NCBI GenBank assembly: GCA_029953675.1
Contig: JAMWBK010000003.1
Location: 372,001-436,000, forward strand
Length of the DNA stretch: 64,000 bases
Reading direction: 5' to 3'
From: Rhodosorus marinus CCMP1338
Taxonomy: Eukaryota > Plantae > Rhodophyta
Position numbers and translations under genes: made by a program. The notes under the pieces are model-generated. The model did not search any database, was not told the DNA's origin, and was given only the letters and a program-made list of their open reading frames with translations. Shown piece after piece: positions 11,282 to 24,100 of this stretch; the stretch's first letter is position 1; each line of letters starts with the position of its first letter.

Positions 11282-11746
11282 TATTATGGCGTGCTAACTC
11301 AACAACAACCCCATCGAGAAGGATTTTGTTTTGATAGAGGGCTTTCGATTAAACGCCTTATGCTAATGCTTGTTGTGGTGTCGTGGTCAAAGGGATTGAG
11401 TAACCACTTGTTTAGTTTGTCCATCTGCTTTATCAAACCGACAGAGGATGGCGGAAAATTTGCTGGAGCGATCGATTGTGCCTAGAGGGGAGAGGCTTAA
11501 GTCGTTGCTTGCTGCTGAGTCTCTTGTTTGGTATGTGATCACAGAATGCCCGATACGGTCATCGAGCCCTGCGAAAACGTTTTTGGTTCCGCCTTCGTTT
11601 ACTAAAATTATGATGTGCGTCTCTTGAACGCAGCTTTCGATGAGTCAAATAGTTTATTCACATAATCATCCCACTCTTTACATCATGCTGCGCAAGTCGA
11701 GGTTTTCCTGTCGCAGCGGCCTGTTGCCCTCCGCAGAGAGAGCGCT

Positions 11747-14642
11747 CTACTTCATATACCCGTTCGTAACGAACTGATATTCATCATATTTTACAGTTGT
11801 CCAGTTTTCTCTGCTACTCTCGATCAGTTCCATTGCTACTCTCCTGCACTGCTCATCGCTTTCACCCAGGCAGAACTTTTCGCGCAAGCTATCTGAGATG
11901 CTCTCTTCACCGTCTCCTACACAGGGCAGGTTGGTACCTGCCGTGAAGAAAGCTCGTTAGCACTCTGTTCATCCTCTCGGTGGGACGGAATCTTCTGCAA
12001 CATTCAGCTCGGACACACCTTCGATACATTGCACCAGGGTCAGTATCCTATCGCAGTGTTGTCTCGCGGCAAGAAACCCGTCTACGAACAAGTTGACAAA
12101 GTACGCGTAGCATTGACTACTGCATCCATTGAGGACTTCAACATATTCTGCTGTGAATTTGAAAGGTGCCTGCTCGAACCTAATCATCCAACATACTCCA
12201 CTCGTCAGCTTCCCTCATTTCTAGCATGAAGGCGATGCGCTTCTTTCGCCGGTCTGCATTTGAATGGACGTACTCAATAGCCCCGGGCGAATTCGCAAAC
12301 ATGTACCCGAAGTCAACATGAACGAGAGCACCGTCAGCTGTGATCAATATATTTCCATTGTGACGGTCGGATATGGTCCCGAAGTAGCACACCAGTGAGT
12401 AACCAGCTAAACTCTCCGCAAATCGCATTTGAGCTTTTTCAAGGCTGTGAAAAGGTGGTTGATTTCTCACACCGTCAGTCCGCCGTTCATAGCAAGAGTG
12501 GGCTAGGCACCGATGCAAAAGCTCACCTCCTCGATCCCAAATCGCCATAGAGCTTGACGAAATAGTCCAAAAGGCTCGTGAAACCTGAAACCATTGTCTT
12601 CAGGGAGTGAATTGAAACGCAGTCGGGAACCACTTCGACGATACCTGACAAGAGTGTACACGGTTGGAAAACTTAACACAACCGCTACGGGTGAGGTCAC
12701 AAAACATCTTCCAACGAAAAAGTTACCCGAATCCGCCGTCACACATTGAACCAAGTAGTCAGTGAGCCCGAGCGAGCCAAGCTGCTCCTCATTAAAAATA
12801 TTCTTAAAGCAGCGCACGAACTGAAGAGCGAAGACTTCTTGCCTGAGATCATCGCCTGCCTTGGAAATCACTCTGACAAGCCTGTAACCTGGGAAGATAC
12901 CAAAAGGTGATACCTATGGACCAAGAATGATTCCAGAAAACATGGAAGCTACTGATCAGAGTAGATCCACATTGCTTAACCAAGGACCTACGTGAGTCGC
13001 ATACTCGACTCATTTCGCTTTGTTCTATTTCCCATGATTTGCCGAAGACCAGGGCACGTAATTCAGCTGCAGAACACTTCACATCCTCGAGGGCATCACC
13101 TCTGACTTGGCCGGCCGCATCAGTTTTGCCCACGGCACTGGTTTCAATTGTTTCTTTGGGACAAGAGCGGAGACAATTTGAATCTTTGCCATCCGCGACT
13201 GGCGACCCGAAAATTTGCTCTGAGCTAAACTCTGTGTTCATCCGAATGAGCTCCGAATTCGGCATATCGGCAGTTAAGAATTCATCTTCGCGGTATATGT
13301 TTTCATCATAACAAGATTCCAACGTCGACTCCATCGCCTTGTGGTAGAAAGACAGAAGATATGGTCGTCAACTCGGTTCAAGATCTCTTGACGTGGGGTG
13401 CGCATCGAATACCTCCAGCCATATCACTACCGGTGCTCGCTCCCTTGAGTGCAACAATTGGAACTTGTCCGTCAGGATGCGAAGGATTCGCAAGGGCTTC
13501 TCGTTACCACTTGTGGACGGAAAGTGGATCGTTCGCTGGCAGTCTGAATAAGAGACCGAAATTGGCTTCATCAGATCCAGGCGCTGATGACCTCTCTGTC
13601 GTCCAGAGACGATTCCTGAAACACACCCAAATCCACGCAAAAGCTCAGAATCTCTACTATTCAAAAGTCTGCCCATCCCGTAGCAAACACACTGTACACG
13701 GTGACGCACTCTTCATGAGAAGTTTGTTCAGGGAATGGATCGTCTTCTCAAGGTATCCTCGTCGCTCCTCATCAGATTGCAATTGAGGAAGGCCAGCTGA
13801 AGCCGCGGACAGAACTGTAGCGAACTGTACTGAGTCTTCAACATACGATTTTCTGCGAGCGCTCTTCTCGTCCAAGCTGATGTCGATCATGCCTGATACA
13901 ATGTGTTCGACACCATCATGTAACGGTCCACGCCCTTCTGACGATGTCCTATTCCCAAGCGCGGTTCTGTAGCTCTCTAGGCTGAGAGTCTTTTTTCCGG
14001 TTTTGCTTGTTGAATCTCGCTTCATGTTCCGAGAGTCGCTAGATCTTCTAGATCCTGTTGAGTTTCCCCTGCTAGCTGTCGAATTCATCGCGGTTGCTCC
14101 CTTCGCAGCGTAAACTATGCACTTCTGCGCGATATTTTGTTCTTGCTTCAATGGTGCCTAGTATTTGAAGCGAGCACTAGTCAATCAAGAGTCGGTTGCT
14201 ACCAGATCTTGCGGTTAGTGTGATACATACGTCGTCCAAAACTTCATCCAGGACTCTCGAATTCAAGAACAGGATAGTTTTAACAGCGAAATGAGGGCTT
14301 TCTGAACACTTCTTGAGGAGAAAATTCTGGGTGTCCAAGCTCTCCGAAGCAAGAAGGCTGTGAAGAGGAACAGGAACATTAAGGATCAAACACCAAGAAA
14401 CAGAGATGGCCACTGTTTTTCATGCTTGCTGCAAAATATCTTCAGTACCTGATCTGAAAGAGTAACGCCTCAATGTCTGCCGTTGGTCGGCTGTACAGCT
14501 CAGATAATAGATAATCGACAACGAGCGGAAACCTTCGATATCGAAACAGCTTTTTAACTAGAGCTCGGACCCCGAGCTGCTCGGATTCAAACAGCTCGTT
14601 CAAAAGAGCTTCACTATCCTCGGAGACCAGGTTCGCATCCAT
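11747..14642 (-). CDS. PI4KB: Phosphatidylinositol 4-kinase type III beta (Pik1-like), multi-exon; start approximate
   Basis: N-terminal LLNELFES...VVDYLLSELY; catalytic KAGDDLRQE, DRHNGNIL, HVDFG and FEQAPFK; C-terminal WTTVKYDEYQFVTNGY with stop at 11747-11749. Confidence 0.92.
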
Positions 14643-16272
14643 CGATACGCCAGATGCGGGGCCCACGCACCTTCTAGTTTAATCTCGGCATCAGCTGGCA
14701 GAAGATATTTGTCGGTCACGTCTTCCCTTGAGCCTGTTCACAGCTTGCTCAAACGCGAAAGCGTGACTTTCACCCTTCCATATCCAACTAGGTAAGATCG
14801 TGCTCTGTATGAGCCATCAAAGCTTGGAACCACACCAAAAATGCCATCCTTGAAACCCGTGACCGTTCGCACATGTGGCAAATGACACTCAAAAGCATAA
14901 GATTTTGTAAATGTTTTCCTGGCCAACAATAGAACAGCCATTGAAGCCGTTCATCGAGTTCGGGTTCACATGGGCATAGTGGCCGATGTTACTGGATAAT
15001 TTCAAGCGAGGGTTAGCCGTTGCTTAAGTTTAGCGGGCCAAGCCTTTCGAGCTGAGAGTTATCTCTTCGATGAGCGTTTGGAGACCGGGGTTGTGGCTAC
15101 GAGTGAAGTATGGAAGAGTCTATGAAGAAGCTGAGTGTTTGGATAACTCTCGTTGGCGCTGTTGTCCAGTGCGTAGACAGATTTAATCCGGAAGGTTTCT
15201 ATGAGGCCGATCAGGACACTTCTTGTCTGTTCTGGTGGATCGAATGATCTTTTTAGTGGACAGCTGGTGTGGTGGGGTTGGCATTGGATGAGTAGTCGTC
15301 AACTTGATCTGTCAACTTCCACAAAGCTGATTGAATGCGAAACACGTCAGGCACAACCAGCGAGTGGTTAATGCCCCACTTACACTCACAGAGTTCATTC
15401 GTTATCAGCACGTACTCAACGTCGGTGATATAACGAATAACTCTGCATTCTTTAAGCAAGCCATTATAATCCACTCGTGCTGGCCAACCGGTGTGACAAA
15501 CGCTGTCCGTTCGCGCGACCCTGGGACTGACAGTCCCGTTGGAAATTCCCTGCTTGCCCTGATTTTAAGAATCCTGTCGCTGCATCTCGTTCGAAAAGCA
15601 TAGAGTCTATTGGAAACGACAGAATTAACAGCGCATATACACAATTCGCTTGTGCGGTTACAGTTCCAACTTTCTACCCAACACGAAAGTCTGAAAGGCA
15701 GGACTCCAGATTTTTCTCTGAGCCCAACAAAACTCCGCGGCGCTCTTCTAACCATTCCAGTACTCATCGAACAACAAATGCCCTCCGATTCTGTGTCCAC
15801 CAACCAAACATTTATACGAACCCCTCCCTCATCCAAGCGCAATTACTCAGCTTGTACTGTCCCAAGCTTTTACCTCCCAAAACGCTCCCGTCGAATAAAG
15901 CCGGCCAGGCGGACACCTTCACTGACGAGATCTCCCCAACCCAAAAATAGGATTGCTTCAACACCGTAATCGAGAATCTCACTTGACCTTTCAAACCAAA
16001 AGTCACCGAATTTTACAACCGAGCAACTGACAGTCCCTACCTGCCTAACCCATCCCTACTCCACAATTATATTGTCCTTTCCGGAAAGTCCTCTTCGCCC
16101 AACAATGCTCTCGTGAAAGTCACTAAATTGATTGTATCAATCCAAGAAATCAAAACAATTCGCAAAAACTGACTATTGCGTACGAAAGCCTACCCTTTTA
16201 TTTTCACCATATTTCATATTTCTGGTTTGATAATGATTGATAAATATTTTTTTAAACAATTTTTTCGTTGAA

Positions 16273-16310
16273 ATATGAGGTCTTCTTGGCTGAGCCAGAA
16301 GACCTCGTAT
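16273..16310. repeat. Near-perfect palindrome in an AT-rich intergenic region
   Basis: atatgaggtcttcttggct-g-agccagaagacctcgtat; the arms match apart from one bulge and one G-T pair. Confidence 0.8.
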
Positions 16311-17106
16311 TCCTACCATTTTTAAGAGGATTTCTTCCTTCTTTTTTCTTTTTTTTTCTCGGAGAAAATGTCCATAAGCGAGAACTTTTTTATGACGAGG
16401 ATCCTTTTTTTGTGAACATTTTCTGGAGTACCAAACATGATTTAGAATTGGAAAAATTGGTAAAATTTTATATGGGACTAATATATGCGGAAATACGGGA
16501 TAAATATCGTAATTTTGGGACGTAAATTTGTTCTGGCATGCCGATTTTCTGGTTTGGGATGAATCTTTTCGGGCACTGAAAAGGTTCGAAAAATATTTCT
16601 AAAAGTATTAAAATTTCTTTTTGTGGTGTGTACATATGTCATACTTTGGAAATTCCTCCGTAAAATAGGGATGTTTTTGGTTCTTCGGTTGGGGCCACAA
16701 GGTCTTCCATGGCCGTCAGGGAGAGTATATAATGTGAACAGGATGTGGATGGGACGGGGGTGGGGAGAGGAGCAAGTGCTTGTTTCTATAGATCCCTGTG
16801 CCTACGTTGGTCTCGTATGTTGGTTTTAGTAGATTTTAGGGAATCTAGAAGGCTGTACTTTCGTCTTGTTAACTTTGGCGAGCAGCGTGTGTTTTGTTCG
16901 AGAATGAAAGTCTAGTTGGTATCTGGCTGGGCAAGTGTTCGGTTTCGTCCTCTTGGTTGTTATCATGCTGATGGATTAGCAGAGGTTTTCTGGCTTTGAA
17001 AGCTGTTTGAGTATGTCTGATGATGTGTTGTTGTAAGGAGATGCGGTTGTGACGAATTGGGTGCGGAGGACAGTGCCTTGCGTCCTTTATAGGCTGAGCA
17101 TACGAG

Positions 17107-18903
17107 ATGGATGTGGAGTTCAAAGATCTGCGATATTCCGTGAAGACTGGAAGGAGACAGAGGAAGGATATTTTAAATGGGATAACCGGCTTTTCCCGGA
17201 CTGGCGAGGTCCTCGCCATCATGGGACCGAGTGGAGGTGGAAAGACTTCCCTCTTAAATATCCTTGCCGGTAGAATGTACAGTAAAGATGTCCAAGGGTA
17301 TACCTCTTATGGAGGAGAAGAATACAGTAAGAAGACTAGGCGCCAGTTGGGCTTCGTAACACAGGAGGACCTTATGTTCGCGAACTTGACAGTTATGGAG
17401 AGCCTTATGTGCACCGCGAACTTACGATTGCCGAGCTCATTGTCAAAGGCGGAGAAAGTAGAACGAGTAGAGCAAGTAATGGCCGACCTGAAACTGAGGA
17501 ATGTGGGTGACACCCCGATCGGAGATGGATTATTTCGGAAAGGTGTTTCCGGTGGGGAGAGGAAAAGAGTTGCGATAGCAAATGAGATTCTCGTGGACCC
17601 CCAAATTCTCTTCTTGGATGAACCAACTTCGGGGCTCGACTCGAGCATTGCGTTCTCTATCGTGAAGTACTTGAAGGAATTAGCAAACTCGGGAAAGACG
17701 GTCATCCTGTCAATTCACCAACCGTCGAGTCAAATGTATGCCCTGTTCGACAGATTAATGCTTCTGCGAGATGGGAGAACTGTTTATTTTGGGCCTGGAG
17801 CTAATGTGCTCGAGTTTTTCGCCGGTGCTGGCTACGCCTGCCCGTTTGGATACAACCCAGCTGATTTCTTCATGGAACTAATCAGCAAAGGAAAGGACGC
17901 AAACGGAACGGAGCCTGCTGAGTCCGCTGAGATGGTGCTTGCGGCTCTGGAGTACAAATGGAAAGCTGCCGCACCAATTTCGACTGCGCTGGCAGGGGAG
18001 CAGTACGAGGTAGAGAACTCGATGCTAGTCAACAAGGATAGATCGCGGAAGTATCCTGTCTCCTGGTTCACCCAGTTTTCCACGTTGTTTGGAAGATCTA
18101 TAAAACAACGCCGGGGGACGATAATAGAGAGCTTGGCGATGATTAAGTATCTTACTGTGACGTTTCTGTTCTGCGTGCTGTGGTTCAGAATGGAACCTGT
18201 GGAGGAAAGCATTCGAGATAGGATTGGATTGTTGTACTTTTCAGCTGTTTTCTGGGCTCTATCGTCGGTACTGCAGACTGTTCACACCTTTTCGAGGGAG
18301 TCCTCGATTATTAGAAAGGAGAGGCAAAGTGCCTCGTATATGTTGTCGGCTTACTTTCTATCGAAGTCGGTTGTGGACATACCCTACGACTTGATCTACC
18401 CAACAATTTTCGGAGTCACCGTGTACTGGATAACGGGTTTGGATCCGTATTTTTACAAGTTCGTTATCTACATGGTGATTATCTTTTCGCTTGTAATTTG
18501 CGCGTTTTCGATTGGCCTAGCAGCCTCAAGCGCAACTCTTAACATTCGAAAAGCGATCGTCCTGGCCTCTGTATATACAATGAGTTCGGTACTGTTGAGT
18601 GGATTCTACGCTAACACCAACAATTTCGGGCCACTAGCAAATGTTGTACAGTATTTTTCTTTTTTGAGGTTTTCATATTCTGCGCTCGTTTTGAACGAGA
18701 CTAACGGAGCTACGTACGACTGCAGTACCGACCCTACAGAGCTGCAAGAGGCTAACGTATGCCCGATTACTCAAGAACAGGTGCTGCAGGAGTACCCTGT
18801 CGTTCCGATTGGTATCGCTGGGAACGTAGCTATTGTATGGGCATTCACTTTCTTGTACAGGTTTCTCGCGTACCTGTTTCTACGTATGAGGAGAGTTGTT
18901 TAG
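17107..18903 (+). CDS. ABCG (White-type) half transporter, NBD-TMD order
   Basis: Walker A GPSGGGKT, signature VSGGE, Walker B LFLDEPTSGLD, H-loop SIHQP, then about six TM helices. A short upstream exon is possible. Confidence 0.96.
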   Translation: MDVEFKDLRYSVKTGRRQRKDILNGITGFSRTGEVLAIMGPSGGGKTSLLNILAGRMYSKDVQGYTSYGGEEYSKKTRRQLGFVTQEDLMFANLTVMESLMCTANLRLPSSLSKAEKVERVEQVMADLKLRNVGDTPIGDGLFRKGVSGGERKRVAIANEILVDPQILFLDEPTSGLDSSIAFSIVKYLKELANSGKTVILSIHQPSSQMYALFDRLMLLRDGRTVYFGPGANVLEFFAGAGYACPFGYNPADFFMELISKGKDANGTEPAESAEMVLAALEYKWKAAAPISTALAGEQYEVENSMLVNKDRSRKYPVSWFTQFSTLFGRSIKQRRGTIIESLAMIKYLTVTFLFCVLWFRMEPVEESIRDRIGLLYFSAVFWALSSVLQTVHTFSRESSIIRKERQSASYMLSAYFLSKSVVDIPYDLIYPTIFGVTVYWITGLDPYFYKFVIYMVIIFSLVICAFSIGLAASSATLNIRKAIVLASVYTMSSVLLSGFYANTNNFGPLANVVQYFSFLRFSYSALVLNETNGATYDCSTDPTELQEANVCPITQEQVLQEYPVVPIGIAGNVAIVWAFTFLYRFLAYLFLRMRRVV

Positions 18904-19743
18904 CGGTTTGCAAACCTAGGAAAGCAAGCTAGTTTACATAGGTAACACAATAAAGTAGACATATGTTTGAACTAAAGGTTGAGTAAAATCACCGCTTTTG
19001 CTACGTTCGTATGTTCAAGTAATCGTGTGCGACCGGCAGCAGCGACAAAACAAAAATAGAAAAGTTAAGCTTAAGAAAAAAATTTAGACTCGTAGATGCA
19101 ATGGCAGTGTTAGCAATGGAATACTGTCTGGAGACGTTTCAGACCATCTGTTTCTTTGAACTGACTGACGAAGAAGAGATATACAAGTACCTCCAGGGAA
19201 TACTGTGGAAGATGTGGAAAACGGATCAACGCTGCTGAAGGCCACCCTGCGGCACGGAGGTCATATGCCCAGGCATTTACATCCAGATCGCTCGAGCGCT
19301 TAAAGAGTTAACCAACGTGCGGGGAACTCACAGCCCCATCTAGATGCGTTCTGGAAACCGCCACCGTCATGGCAGGCCGGCCCAAGAGCCCCAGAACGTC
19401 AAAGCGGTGGTGGCTTCTCAGACCACTTTTACAACAATGATTGAAATCTTGCCGCGTGTTAGTAAAATGACTGAATAATAATCTTATGCATCTGAAAATT
19501 TTGATGGACATAGCTCTAAAATCTATGTCTATTCAATATACGGTTTATCGATTAATACTATTTTTGGGCAAGCGCCCGAAATGGTGGAGAGTTTCACGTC
19601 TGACAGTTGACATGGAACGTTTAGGTATAAGAAGTTGGGGAGAGCCAGTGTGCGGTGTGGGTGATTGGAATAAAGCGTTTGCTTACGAATGAAATAGACA
19701 TATTCCTGATCAGTAGATCTTACTCGGGATATAGTGATGGTAA

Positions 19744-22700
19744 ATGGAGAGTTCGACAGAGATCGGTTTGCTTGGGGATCTTATCACCCGGTTTCGTGAG
19801 GGTGCGGAGAAGGATGCGGGCGATATTCTCGGTGCGGAGATACCAGAGAAGTTGGGGAGAATTTTGCACCGTATCACCGAGATACTGTCAAGAAACGACG
19901 CCGAGAGATTATTGGAACATGGTGCGCCGTTGGCCTTCCGCCGGTTTCTCGTGAGCTCAGAAAACTTAACTTGAGACCATCTGTGATTAGGAGTTACGCT
20001 ATGGAACAGCGTGGTTACCGTGGACGTTCCCGAAAAGTCTGCCCAGGAAAAAGAGAACAACGTCAATCTTGTGAAGCTCCGCCATATTGCAGCAGACGCT
20101 ATTTACATGGGTATCAGTGCCTTGGGCGGCATAAGCACCAAGTTTGAAATCACTGATGGTAGTACATCCGGCAGTGTTCTTGCAATTTGATATTTGAGAA
20201 ATTTTTGTTACCCTAAGCGCAGTGAAATCTCCCAGCTTCGCTACTGCAGTTTTACTCCGCATGTGGCAGGCGGTATATGGATATCGAAAACCTGGATTTG
20301 GCGGACGTATGCTACCAAAAAGCCTTCGAATTCCTGAACAGCATGGACACCGCGGGCAAGCCCCGAGAAAGCTCTCAAAAACAGCTGGCGAAAGTAGTCT
20401 TCGAATTGTTCATGGGAGCCGCTGAGTGTGCGTGGGAAAAAAAGGATACGGAGTCCGCGTTCGTCCTAGTAGAAAGCGCCGCGAAGAAAATCGATGATAT
20501 ACCGGAAGAAATCGACTTCCTAGCGAGGTACTGGATCACAAGCTGCAGTTTTTAACCAAACTCGGTCTCTGATCGAAGTCCGTTCGCCAAAGTATCCAAT
20601 ACAACTTTGCGGTAGTCCTCCATCAACAGAAGAGCTACGAAGAGTCCAAGAAGTGGTTGAAAAACTGCCTAGAAAACCGACAGGATAAACGCAACATAAG
20701 GATGAGCCCCCCCAAAATCGCGAAGACATTAAGACTCATGGGATCGTGCGAGCTGGAAGCGGGAAACGTTGAAGAGGCGGTGAAGTATAGTGATTCACAA
20801 CCCTGAAAGCTCAGATGCGGACAACTGGGTCGGGCTAATTTCTTGTTTGTTCTGTCCCCGTGCGGAAGACTTCTAGAGCAAGCAGAGGAGCATCATAAAG
20901 ATACTGCCACGCAGTACTTTCTCTTCAAGGCAAGCCTCTCGGCAGAATCTGGAAACTCGAAGCTGGTCCTCAACAGACTGCTGGGGGACGAAAAGCTCGA
21001 TGTAGATATTGCACTCACCGCGTTAAACTTGGCAATGGAAAAGAAACTCTCCGAGGAAGCGTTGGAGGGGTACGAGTTGTTGCTCCGCAATTCTGCGCTG
21101 AAGAGAACTGAAATCGTTTCAGCAACCCAGCAATTCGCGGAGGCAAGCGCAGCTATCGGCAGGATAGAAAAAGCTTTTCAAATTGCAAGTTCTGCTCTGA
21201 AGGACTCGGTCAGTCTACTGGATGCTGAACACACACAGAAGGAGATCTCTCAGTGGACGGGGGTGCTACTAAGCATAGGGTCCTCCCTTGCGGACAAGCA
21301 GTACTACTCGAGTGCATCCAAGTTTCTCAATCTGGCAGTTGACCTCATCGACAATCACTGCGCTGCCTCTACTCAGTACAACCAGGTTTCCGTTCTAAAG
21401 CTATGCATATCATGCGAAATTCTAGCTGGCGCAGAGCAACATAGTGGTTCTGACCATAAAGCGGTTGACCATCCGCTCTCGACGGCAATGAAGCATGCTG
21501 CCGCTCTGTTCGAAAAGGATGGAGACAGCTTCGAAACGAATCTTCTCTTGTTCAGGATCCATGTCCTCAGAAAAGAGGAGGAGCTGGCTATTGAATCCAT
21601 CGTTCAAGCGACGAAGTGCGATGGGGCGCTAGCTGACTCGCTCGTGGCAGCGGCCATGGAAGCAAAGGAAAGGGGCTTAGAGGCAGTAACAAGAAGCATA
21701 TTTAAGGAGATTCTGTCTTCGGATTCGGTAGACACCAAAGGTCTTCCTCAAGGATTCTATGGGTATTCAACCATTCATGATCGATACCTGCTTTTGCGCC
21801 ACCAGCTGACCCGGCAACTCTCAATCAGGACGGTGTTGCAGGCAGCTGCTCTTGCCTACTACGAACTCACTGGCATAGATCCGCAAGGAGAGATCAAAAG
21901 CGTAACTCATGATCAAACCGAAATCAAGAATGCTGACCCGAGCAATGGCCTGGAGAACCTCGCAGAAGTCCTGCAACTCGGCCTGGATGGCATCGATCGT
22001 TTCGGGGCAAAAGCAGCCTTTGTTGAGGAGGAGCTAGAAGAGGGAGCTTCCAACCTCTGCGATATTGCGTGGAACGCTGGACGTTTTGCTGGTGAGTCGA
22101 GCTACCACAAGCTTTGGGCCAGGTTCTTCGCAATGTCCTTCAAATACGGCTCCATAAGAAAAGGTCAGTTGTACCCCGCTTGCTAACGAGCTTCCAACGT
22201 CGCTAACGAGAGTAACCGGGAACAGGCACATGGAATGTTCTCGAAGGACAGAAAATTGCACGCATCATGACGATCACTGCGCTCCTCGAGGACCCTTCCT
22301 ACGAGCAGGAAGTTGAGCGACTCAAAGAGGCCCTTAACCTAATCCATGACACTCGGGATCTGATCGATCGGTGTCAGCAAATGTTTAATCCCGCTCAGAT
22401 TCAATCTGAAGATGCAGCAGTCCCGTTGCTCGTTCTCCTGGAGACGAGGACTAGGGCTCGACTAGGAGACTTCGAAGGTATGTTTTTCTACCTCCGTAAC
22501 CCCCTTCATGAGATATTTGTTAAGTTGTAGAGCATATCTTCTTGTGTTTCGAAGGACTCGAAAGCGCCGTTCTTGGGCTATTGGGAAAAGGGGGCCAGCA
22601 GCTGGCACCTTTGCTCGAGAAGGTAGCGGCGATTTGCTTCCAGGCAAGAGGTCAAGTGTCACGTGGGGACCACGTTGAAGGCAGCGCGTTTCGTGAAAAT

Positions 22701-23126
22701 TGCTTGGATCTAGCGCAGAGAGTACTGGAGTTCTCGTATCAGACGAGGCTGGAAAGCGGCCTGTATCTTGACGACTTGAACGGTGTAGCCGTGCTTCTGA
22801 GAGAGTTAGCTAATCTTTCCTTCGCAAAAAAGGCGGAGAGCTGTTTCGAGTTTCTCAAAGAGATCAGTACGCTTGTCGAGAAGCACTCGACCTACCCCGG
22901 GGACGAGTCACGTTGGGCGGCGTCCCGATCCTGGGAACTGGCTCAGCTATTCCTGAAATGCGACAAAATGGACGAATTCAACAACTTTGGAGAGATCGCC
23001 ATCAAAATCTGTCAAGAATCGAGCTCAGCCTGCAAACTTCATGCGTTTGTGAAACCGCTTCAAGACTTCATAACCTCCCAGAACAAGTTGAGGCGCGAGA
23101 ATGATGCGTTCCACGATTCCCGATAG
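19744..23126 (+). CDS. ZIP4: Meiotic ZMM protein ZIP4/SPO22/TEX11, multi-exon TPR-like solenoid
   Basis: Ordered segments LWNSVV...KLRHIAAD, DLADVCYQKA, LFRIHVLRK, IAWNAGRFAG...FFAMSFKYG and YPGDESRWAASRSW match conserved blocks of plant ZIP4 and animal TEX11 as I recall them. Confidence 0.85.
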
Positions 23127-23529
23127 ACCCCTCCAAGGTATTCATGGTTCCATACAAGCTTAATAGAGAAGGAAGGTACAGGTGGCCCTGCTCCATTGCC
23201 AGCAAGTTCAAACCTTCCCCGCATCTATCTCCAAGCACGGATCCAAGCCTCCCAAACGCACGACACAAGCAAAATTTCTAAAAAGTCTATGAAGTTAGTT
23301 GATCATCTCCAGTCAAGACAGTGCGTACAAATTTTGTACTAATATCGTACTAAATACACGCTATTCATCTGCAATAGATCAACCGCGGCCACACCCTCCC
23401 TTACCGATCTAAACCCAATTTCAAAAAACTTCAAAATTAATTTTTAAAAGTAGAAATTTTGTAAAGTCCAATTCTGCGTTACCCCACATTACCCCTGCCA
23501 ATTTCAATCCAATTAGCTCGGATTGAGAG

Positions 23530-23850
23530 GGGAAAAAAACAACAATATTTTTCAATCTTTGGCTATGTTCATCCAATCATCAATCGACACACCACTCTAA
23601 CAAAACGCTTCCGCCGGAAAACAGGTTGGTATGACCTGCCTTACTCTAGCACAATAAACGCTGAAAAATGAGTTAATTTAAATCGAAATCCGTATTTTGG
23701 GTATATTTGGGATATCTGTCTATATTTGGGAAACACAACTAAACCTGCGGAATCTGTTAAAAAGAAAAAACAATATTTTTCTGCAGCCGGTGTTGTTTGT
23801 CCAATCATTAGTCGCCACACCACCCTAACCAATACGGCCACTCTAAAACA
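23530..23850. repeat. Degenerate direct repeat with a 228-bp offset containing CCAAT
   Basis: ccaatcatcaatcgacacaccactctaac at 23573 and ccaatcattagtcgccacaccaccctaac at 23801, each preceded by aacaatattttt. Confidence 0.7.
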
Positions 23851-24063
23851 AGATTAGGAATCCTTCTTTGCCCTATCATTTTATCACTCAAAATAAAGTA
23901 ATTCAAATAGTGCTCCACATTTCGGTTAGATTTGGAAAAATATTTTTATATTTAGGAAATAACTCGCCTAAAAACTCGTAATTTGGAGAAAAACCAAAAC
24001 AGAAAAAAAACAGATGGTGAGGGAGACAAAGGGACGAAAAATTTTTAAGCGCTCTTGTTGGAC

Positions 24064-24100
24064 GGGGTTGGGGTGGGGTGGGGGTTGGGTTGGTATAAAA
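24064..24100 (+). promoter_or_regulatory. G-quadruplex-type motif followed by TATAAAA upstream of YME1/FTSH4
   Basis: ggggttggggtggggtgggggttggg (five G-runs) followed by tataaaa at 24094. Confidence 0.5.

Noticed and set aside
19100-19250. Short ORF MAVLAMEYCLETFQ...
   Set aside because: Only about 45 codons, with no motif or splice support.
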